Position numbers and translations under genes: made by a program | DNA from: Candidatus Jordarchaeia archaeon | GTDB lineage: Archaea; Asgardarchaeota; Jordiarchaeia; Jordiarchaeales; Jordiarchaeaceae | NCBI GenBank assembly: GCA_029856435.1 | Contig: JAHQXB010000134.1 | Location: 1-37,881, forward strand | Length of the DNA stretch: 37,881 bases | Direction of reading: 5' to 3' | Shown: piece after piece, positions 1-6,351 of the stretch | Layout of the letters: every line of letters begins with the position of its first letter | Position numbering within the stretch: the stretch's first letter is position 1 | The notes under the pieces: generated by a model | The model's input: the letters and a program-made list of their open reading frames with translations, nothing else | The model's database searches: none | What the model was told of the DNA's origin: nothing

Positions 1-215
1 TTGTTTGAGGCAAGAAGAATAGCTCTATTTGTATGTATTTAGCTCCTGGGAGCCGACCTGGTGTTATATGTTTCCTTTCCCCGAAAGGGAGGGCTATTTT
101 GGCTTCTTTTCCATTGTGGGAAGCATTCGAAGTCCAAATAAGCCTTCCTTCGGGTTTTAGAGCCCCAATATCGTTATTCAAACACGACAGCCAAACACCC
201 ATACACCAAAGCGCT

Positions 216-370
216 TTAGACAAAGGATGAAAACCTAAAGCTTTTTCATGGTAAACCTACGTAAGCTTCGCATCTTAGATAAAGAATGAAAAAATTTTTC
301 ATGGTAAACCCTCATACGCTTACGCTTTTTAGATAAAGAATGAAAACCTAAAGATTTTTCATAGCAACGT
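216..370. repeat. Three-copy degenerate tandem repeat (~54-59 bp period), each copy carrying an ATGAAAA...TTTTCAT inverted repeat
   Basis: Copies start at 216, 275 and 329. Consensus is TTAGATAAAGAATGAAAACCTAAAG(C/A)TTTTTCATGGTAAACC, followed by a ~17-18 nt variable linker. Copy 2 has a short internal deletion. Confidence 0.9.
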
Positions 371-431
371 ACATACCTCTATTTTTACCAATAAAAAATG
401 TAGCCTTCACATTGGAAGTGGGTTTGTTTGG

Positions 432-2051
432 TTAACTGTCCTCGAAACTCAAAGCGTTTTTGTTTCCACTTTTGGAGGGATTGTAGGCATCTGCGAAAAG
501 TTGGTAAAAGTCGTATAGGTTGAATCCAACTGTTTCTCCCTTTTTCTCTTTTTGTTCAAGAACCCTCTTGAATTGTAGCATGCAGAATGGGCAGTTTGTT
601 ACCAATCCACTTACTCCGAACTCCTGAGCTATTTCTATTCTTCTGGAGGCTAGTCGGTCCGCGAGTTCGGGAAAGGCTGATCTAACTCCGCCTCCTCCTC
701 CGCAACACCAGCCGGATTTGGGAACCCTTACCAGCTCTACGCCTGGAATTTTTTGAATCAGGTTCAAGTATATTTCTTCTTCCAGTCCGCTGGCCATAAT
801 GTGGCAGGGATAATGGTACATGAGCTTTACTTTTATGGGTTTGAGGTCTTGGGTGTTCAACTTTATTTTCCTCTCCATGTATTCACCCACGTCGTATATT
901 TCGAAGTTGATGGGGATACCATACTCCTTGGCAAGTTTGGGGTAGTCTTTTCTAAATGTGGAGTTACATCCGGAACAGCTTGTTAGCACCTTTCTAATGC
1001 CCTTCTCCGCATACTCGTTGAATATGGTGAAGTTCTTGGTTACGAAGGGCTTCATAGCATCTCTCTGACCAGTTCTCATAAATGGGGAGCCGCAGCAGGT
1101 CTGCCCTTTTGGAAGATGCACGGCTACGCGATTATTCTGGAATATATCTATTATTGCCTTTGCTACTGGTTGCTGTCTACGGTTTATTATGCAGCCGGTA
1201 AATAGTAAGATTTCGTCCTGGGGTTCGCCCTCAAAATTTTTGATGTATTCTGGAAACAAGTTCAGAGCGGGAGTATCGATTACGGGCACCGATCCTCCGG
1301 TCTCCAGTACAGATTGGACTATTGCTCTGTGTTGAGGCAAGGGTCCCACGCCCTCCACAACACTCCGGTACCGCAAGTATTCCACAACACTTCTTCTTAT
1401 GTCTATTTTTCGGGGACATGCGACTTCACACTCTTGATCCACTGGACATTTGAAAAGGCCTTGATCCACAGCTTCTCTAAGCCTTCCCTCGCTGGCGTCG
1501 AGGGGGTCGCATATGAATCTGCATATTTCAACCAGTGCTGCTGGTCCCAGGAAGGTGCGGTCCACGTCTATTACGTTGCAGTCTGAGTAACAGGCGGCGC
1601 AGAGTATGCACTGTTTGTTCTCTATCATCTGTTCCAAGTCTTGGGGAGGAATTTTAGGTATCCCTCTGAATTCTCCCGTCGTGAGATCGGTTATTCGCCA
1701 GGGTCGCACGGCTCTTATACTCTGGAAGAAGGGATCCATATTCACCACAAGGTCCCTTATAACTTCTAGGTGGTCTAGTGGCTCCACTAGGAGTGAACCA
1801 TCTACTAGTACATCCTTCACGAATGTTTTGCAGGCTAACCCTGCTCTCTTGTTTATCCGCACAGCGCAGGAGCCACATTGACCCATTCTGCAGGATGAAC
1901 GGAATGTTAAGGATTCATCCAAGTTCTCTTTGATGTATAGGAGGGCTTCTAGAACCGTGGTGTCTTCTGTGACATCCAAATTAAAGTTTTGGTGGTGTGG
2001 TTTGGCGTCTGTTTCAGGATTAAATCTGAAAACTGTTAGCTTGACCTTCAC
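432..2051 (-). CDS. tfrB: Thiol:fumarate reductase subunit B-like protein (SdhB-type Fe-S domain fused to HdrD-like CCG domains)
   Basis: [2Fe-2S] motif CRMGQCGSC; CILCAACYSDC; CPVDQECEVACP; CCG motifs CCGSPF/CSGC and HYPCH/WCCGGGGG/NCPFC. Start moved to GTG 2051, which follows RBS GAGGGGTGA. Confidence 0.8.
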   Translation of the reverse strand: MKVKLTVFRFNPETDAKPHHQNFNLDVTEDTTVLEALLYIKENLDESLTFRSSCRMGQCGSCAVRINKRAGLACKTFVKDVLVDGSLLVEPLDHLEVIRDLVVNMDPFFQSIRAVRPWRITDLTTGEFRGIPKIPPQDLEQMIENKQCILCAACYSDCNVIDVDRTFLGPAALVEICRFICDPLDASEGRLREAVDQGLFKCPVDQECEVACPRKIDIRRSVVEYLRYRSVVEGVGPLPQHRAIVQSVLETGGSVPVIDTPALNLFPEYIKNFEGEPQDEILLFTGCIINRRQQPVAKAIIDIFQNNRVAVHLPKGQTCCGSPFMRTGQRDAMKPFVTKNFTIFNEYAEKGIRKVLTSCSGCNSTFRKDYPKLAKEYGIPINFEIYDVGEYMERKIKLNTQDLKPIKVKLMYHYPCHIMASGLEEEIYLNLIQKIPGVELVRVPKSGWCCGGGGGVRSAFPELADRLASRRIEIAQEFGVSGLVTNCPFCMLQFKRVLEQKEKKGETVGFNLYDFYQLFADAYNPSKSGNKNALSFEDS

Positions 2052-2062
2052 AAAATCACCCC

Positions 2063-3775
2063 TCAATAAGTCCTCTTCTCGGGTTTAAACACGGTTATTA
2101 CCACGTTCTCATAGGTTAATATGGGCACTTCGGGATGGTAGTATACTATTATGTGTTTTGTCCAGTTGTCGTAGTCCCGGTTGGGATAGTCAGTTCTGTA
2201 GTGCGCTCCTCGGCTTTCCCGCCTCATTAATGCCGCCAGAGTGGTGGCTTCCGCTAGGTCCAGCATGTTTCCCAGTTCTAGAGCTTGGATAAACGCATTA
2301 TTGTAAACAGTGCTCCTATCTTCAACTCTTATTTTGGTGTATTTCTCCTTGAGTTCCCGAATTTTCTTTAGAGCCTCAGTTAATCCTTGCTCGTTGCGGA
2401 ATAGTCCCACCTTCTCCCACATGGTTTGTCTAAGCTCGTCTCTCAACTTGGGAACGCTATGCTCTCCCCTTTCACTGAAAAATTGGTATAATCGTTCCTC
2501 CTCCTTCCTTATTTTTTCTTTGGGAACCGGGCGAAGTTCCTCATTTTTGATGTATTCGCAGGCCCTCTGCCCCGCCCTCTTTCCGAAAACCACACACTCG
2601 GTGAGAGCGTTGGCTCCTTCCCTATTTGCACCATGAACACTCACACAAGCCACCTCTCCAGCGGCAAAAAGGCCCTTAATGGGGGTCTCAGTCCAAGAAT
2701 TGGTTTTCACACCCCCCATCCAAAAGTGTTGGCCGGGCACCACGGGAATAACGTCTTCCTTTATGTCCACTTTTGCAAAAACACTTGCAAGCTCTGCGAA
2801 TTCAGCCAGCCTCCTCCTAAAGAAGCTTAAGGGTATGTTTGTGACTTCAAGAATCTGCTCCAGCTCCTCTATTTTTATGTGGGTTAGGTCCAGCCCAATG
2901 TATTTTCCTCCTATTCCTCGCCCCTCATTTATCTCCGTTTGCATAGCCTGAGAAACTACATCTCTAGGTGCCAGCTCCATAAAGTTTGGGGCATACCTCC
3001 TCATAAACCTCTCCCCCTCACTGTTGATTAGTGTGCCTCCAATTACCCGAGCAGTCTCAGATATCAGTGTCCCCCGCGGATAGAGGGTTGTGGGGTGAAA
3101 CTGCACAAACTCCGGGTCTTTAAGTGGAGCACCCGCCCGATAAGCCATTGCCGCTCCATCCCCAGTACACACACTAGAATTGGTAGTTCGAGCATACACC
3201 CAACCAAATCCCCCAGTGGCCAGAATAACAGCCTTAGACCTTATGGTGTGAAATTCTCCGCTTTTCATCTCAATTGCAGTTACGCCCCTACACAAGTTGT
3301 CCTCCACAAGGAGAGATGTGACAAACCACTCATTGTAAAACGTGACCCCCCTTCTCCAAAGCTGCTCCTGCAAGGCCATCACAAGTTCCCTTGCCCACTG
3401 GGACGAAACAATTATCCCCGTTTTGGTACTCATACCTCCAGGGCTCGCCCTGAGCAATTCTCCGTCTCGACCCCTAGAGTAAATCACTCCCCAAGATTCC
3501 AGCCAAGGTACCTCGACTTCCGCCCCATCCGCCAGCACCTCCACAGCATCCTGATCCGCCATATAGTCACTACCCTTAATTGTTTCCTGCAGATACATTT
3601 CCTTGGGTTCATTGGGAGCCGGTGGAAAGTGTAAGGCACCAGTGGCCACACAGGTGTGAGACCTTAAGGGATGAACCTTGGACACAACCGCCACATCCGC
3701 ATACTCACTGGCTTCCAGAGCAGCTCGGAGTCCAGCTAAGCCACCACCTACAATCACAATATCGTGTACAATCAT
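2063..3775 (-). CDS. tfrA: Succinate dehydrogenase/fumarate reductase flavoprotein subunit (TfrA/SdhA-like)
   Basis: VGGGLAGL FAD-binding motif, RSHT (covalent-FAD His position), QFHPT, ELAPRD, HFWMGG, HGANR, RRESRGAHYRTDYP. Start moved to ATG 3775, which follows GAGGAG. Confidence 0.85.
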   Translation of the reverse strand: MIVHDIVIVGGGLAGLRAALEASEYADVAVVSKVHPLRSHTCVATGALHFPPAPNEPKEMYLQETIKGSDYMADQDAVEVLADGAEVEVPWLESWGVIYSRGRDGELLRASPGGMSTKTGIIVSSQWARELVMALQEQLWRRGVTFYNEWFVTSLLVEDNLCRGVTAIEMKSGEFHTIRSKAVILATGGFGWVYARTTNSSVCTGDGAAMAYRAGAPLKDPEFVQFHPTTLYPRGTLISETARVIGGTLINSEGERFMRRYAPNFMELAPRDVVSQAMQTEINEGRGIGGKYIGLDLTHIKIEELEQILEVTNIPLSFFRRRLAEFAELASVFAKVDIKEDVIPVVPGQHFWMGGVKTNSWTETPIKGLFAAGEVACVSVHGANREGANALTECVVFGKRAGQRACEYIKNEELRPVPKEKIRKEEERLYQFFSERGEHSVPKLRDELRQTMWEKVGLFRNEQGLTEALKKIRELKEKYTKIRVEDRSTVYNNAFIQALELGNMLDLAEATTLAALMRRESRGAHYRTDYPNRDYDNWTKHIIVYYHPEVPILTYENVVITVFKPEKRTY

Positions 3776-4055
3776 AAGTTTCTCCTCAAGCCATCCATTT
3801 TTAACAGTTATGAGGATATCAAACTCCATATTTAGGTTTTATTCTTTGAGTATGTGTCCTTTTTACGGCACAGGGAGTCTTCTCTGCATAAATTTTGGGG
3901 AAGCTTCGAATCTGTGAAGAAGGAGAAAGGGGAAGCTATTGGGCGACGAAAAAATACCAAAAATCCGTGGAGGATGCGGAGTGTGGGGTGTAAAATGAGT
4001 TTTTGATTTTTTGGTGGTAAGGCTTATAATTTTTGGTAGGATAAAGTAATACTAG

Positions 4056-4322
4056 GTGGTATTTTTGCCCTCTGTGAAGGTGAGTTTAAGTCTGCCTGAA
4101 GAACTCTTGAAAATGGTAGATAAGGCTGCGGAGGAAAATAAGATGAGTAGAAGCGAGTTCGTCACAAGAATTCTTGAAAAGGCGTTGAGGCCGGAGGAAG
4201 AGGTTCATAGGTATCCAACGGTTCTCTGGAAGCTACAGGCATCTGGATATCTGAAGCTTAGGAGTCCCAGATATCCTAGTAGGAGAATTGGGAGATGGGT
4301 AGTGGAGGATACAGAGGAGTGA
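4056..4322 (+). CDS. Ribbon-helix-helix (CopG/NikR-type) DNA-binding protein
   Basis: VKVSLSLPEELLKMVDKAAEENKMSRSEFVTRILEKAL is a typical RHH pattern. GTGA overlap with the next gene. Confidence 0.85.
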   Translation: MVFLPSVKVSLSLPEELLKMVDKAAEENKMSRSEFVTRILEKALRPEEEVHRYPTVLWKLQASGYLKLRSPRYPSRRIGRWVVEDTEE

Positions 4323-4750
4323 AAGTAGCATACAGTTTTTCTGAGGGAGGATACACAGCTCATGGCGATATGATACCGGATGTGCCAATCGTTAACCTCG
4401 CCCTTAAAGTGGGAAGACGCAGAGCTAGAGGCCCGGCAATAGTTGATACCGGTTTTGACGGAGGCGTTTATCCAAACATAGAGGTTACAAGACTCTTTAA
4501 AGATACTCAACCTCTCCTAGTACTAGAATTTGAGAATCCGCTATATGGACGAACAGAGTTTGAAGTATTCACCGCTCAAGCCTTCCTCCAGTATGGGAGA
4601 GATTACTTTAGCATAGGTGAAGTGAGAGTCTACGTACCAGTCGAACCCGAATGCCTAACTGGAGAAGTACTGGTAGGCAGGGAAATACTCAACCAGTTCA
4701 AAGCCCTACTCCTGAAACCCCAAACAAAAACCCTAACCATAGATTTATAG
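4319..4750 (+). CDS. Clan AA (retropepsin-like) aspartic protease, single domain
   Basis: AIVDTGFDG catalytic motif and C-terminal VLVGREILN (hydrophobic-G-R-D/E-I/F-L) motif. GTG 4319 overlaps the upstream TGA. Confidence 0.8.
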   Translation: MKVAYSFSEGGYTAHGDMIPDVPIVNLALKVGRRRARGPAIVDTGFDGGVYPNIEVTRLFKDTQPLLVLEFENPLYGRTEFEVFTAQAFLQYGRDYFSIGEVRVYVPVEPECLTGEVLVGREILNQFKALLLKPQTKTLTIDL

Positions 4751-5067
4751 TAGAAATAAGCAAAAACTTAACCATATAGGTGAGCTTGACAGATATTTGA
4801 AAATCACATTTCTGGCACCCCTTCCCTTTACACAATTGTTGACGAAAATGCACATGCAAGTTTCTGGGCGTGTCGGTTGTCTGGAAGTATTTATTCGCGA
4901 CAACTTTTTGGTTCATAGTTTGGAATTTTTATGATCATACTATTTTGGTGTGAATTTGAGTATTAGCCAGTGGCGTCTTGAAACCTTTAGGGCAACTTTG
5001 TTTTTTCCGTGTATCACCTGTTTGGCGAATGGCTTTATCCTCTTCTAGTATTGTGGTGTCTCTTCCC

Positions 5068-5305
5068 TTGACACTCTTCACGGCTGAAGCCGGGAGATTC
5101 CTGCTTCTAAGGTTTTTCATCGGCTCTGTGTTCATTGCCCTTTTTAGGCTTCCACCTCACTCCACTCCACCTTAGCAGGGGCTGTGCCACCAGCCCGTTA
5201 GCCTCGCCTCCATGGAGGCTAGCTAATATTTTTTAGGCTCCGACGGCGCCGGCGTTTAAACTTATTGACAATTCATCCCGCGGTTAAAGCCGTAGGCTTT
5301 CTTGT
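5068..5305 (-). mobile_element. Internally deleted, non-autonomous IS200/IS605 (tnpB-type) element with left-end hairpin, tnpB 3' remnant and right end
   Basis: Minus strand reads: left-end-like CAAGAAAGCCTACGGCTTTAACCGCGGGATGAATTG; decayed TnpB tail NAGAVGA*KIL...NGLVAQPLL...KRAMNTEPMK; right-end-like GAAGCAGGAATCTCCCGGCTTCAGCCGTGAAGAGTGTCAA ending in TCAA at 5068. The left boundary is approximate. Confidence 0.8.
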
Positions 5306-5411
5306 CGCTGCGACTTGTAAAGATTGCCACGAATCTTTTTTGAGTGCTTTCTGGGCTCATTATCGTATATTATTAAAGGCACATTTGCATCGATTTTATC
5401 AAGCGAGATTG

Positions 5412-6311
5412 TTAAAAGTTTTCATATTCAAAACCAGAGAAGATTGTTTTTATTTTTTCTTTTTCTTGGTTATTTAGCCATTCTGAGCGGTGGTATTCTG
5501 ATTCAACTCCGATTTTTTCAGTTTTAGAAAGCCACAGCGGATTATAAGGTAATAAGCCGATTTTTTTTATGTTTAAAGATTTCAGATAGTGGGCTAATCT
5601 GGTTAGATTTTCTTCTGTGGCGGTAATCTCGGGAATTAGTGGGATTCTGGGCAGAACCTCTAATTTCTGATTCTTTATCAAACTTTCGAAATTGCTGAAA
5701 ATTTTTTCATTTCTTGCCTTACAGTATTTTAAATGTAGGTTTGGATCAAATATTTTTAAATCAAAATAGATGAGGTCCACGTAGGGTAATATTAATTCGT
5801 TGAATTTTTCGCGGTTATAGTATCCACTGGTTTCTATGCAGATGTGGATGTTTTCTTTTTTGAGTTCCCTCAATAATTGGTTCACATATTCCATGTGGTA
5901 GAGGGGTTCTCCGCCGGATAGGGTGACTCCACCTCCAGAGTTCTGAAAGAAAATTTTGTCTTTTAATATGATGTCCACCAGTTCTCTTATCTGGTATTCT
6001 CTGCCCACAAATTTGAGCGCCTCGTTGGGACATACCTTTATGCACTCACCGCAGAGAGTACATAAACTGCGATCAATGCGGTACCGATATGAGAAGTCTA
6101 TGGCCTTATTCTGGCAAGCTTCCAAGCATCTTCCACACTCTGCGCAGTTTTCCCGGTAGAAGGCGATTTCCTGATTTGGACTCTTGGTTTCCGGATTTTG
6201 GCACCAGACACAGGATAGGGGGCATCCTTTAAAGAAGATAAGGGTGCGTATTCCTGGGCCGTCGTCCAACGCGTTTCTTTTGATGTCCACTATTAATGTT
6301 CTCTTCGTCAT
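5412..6311 (-). CDS. Glycyl-radical enzyme activating enzyme (radical SAM) with 2x[4Fe-4S] ferredoxin insert
   Basis: DGPGIRTLIFFKGCPLSCVWCQNPE, CAECGRCLEAC, CTLCGECIKVCP, GGGVTLSGGEP. Directly downstream of the GRE. Confidence 0.95.
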   Translation of the reverse strand: MTKRTLIVDIKRNALDDGPGIRTLIFFKGCPLSCVWCQNPETKSPNQEIAFYRENCAECGRCLEACQNKAIDFSYRYRIDRSLCTLCGECIKVCPNEALKFVGREYQIRELVDIILKDKIFFQNSGGGVTLSGGEPLYHMEYVNQLLRELKKENIHICIETSGYYNREKFNELILPYVDLIYFDLKIFDPNLHLKYCKARNEKIFSNFESLIKNQKLEVLPRIPLIPEITATEENLTRLAHYLKSLNIKKIGLLPYNPLWLSKTEKIGVESEYHRSEWLNNQEKEKIKTIFSGFEYENF

Positions 6312-6351
6312 CTCTTATCAACTATAAAAAAGTTAGGGAAAAAAGGTTTTT

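Noticed and set aside
1-202. Minus-strand ORF open to the window edge (MGVWLSCLNN...) and the overlapping plus-strand ORF 33-230
   Set aside because: No recognisable motif or RBS, so it cannot be supported without flanking sequence.
216-370. CRISPR mini-array
   Set aside because: Spacers are only ~17-18 nt and similar to each other, repeats vary in length, and no cas genes are in the window.
4935-5135. 66-aa ORF MNTEPMKNLRSRNL...
   Set aside because: It is the read-through of the decayed tnpB tail across the IS right end, not an independent gene.
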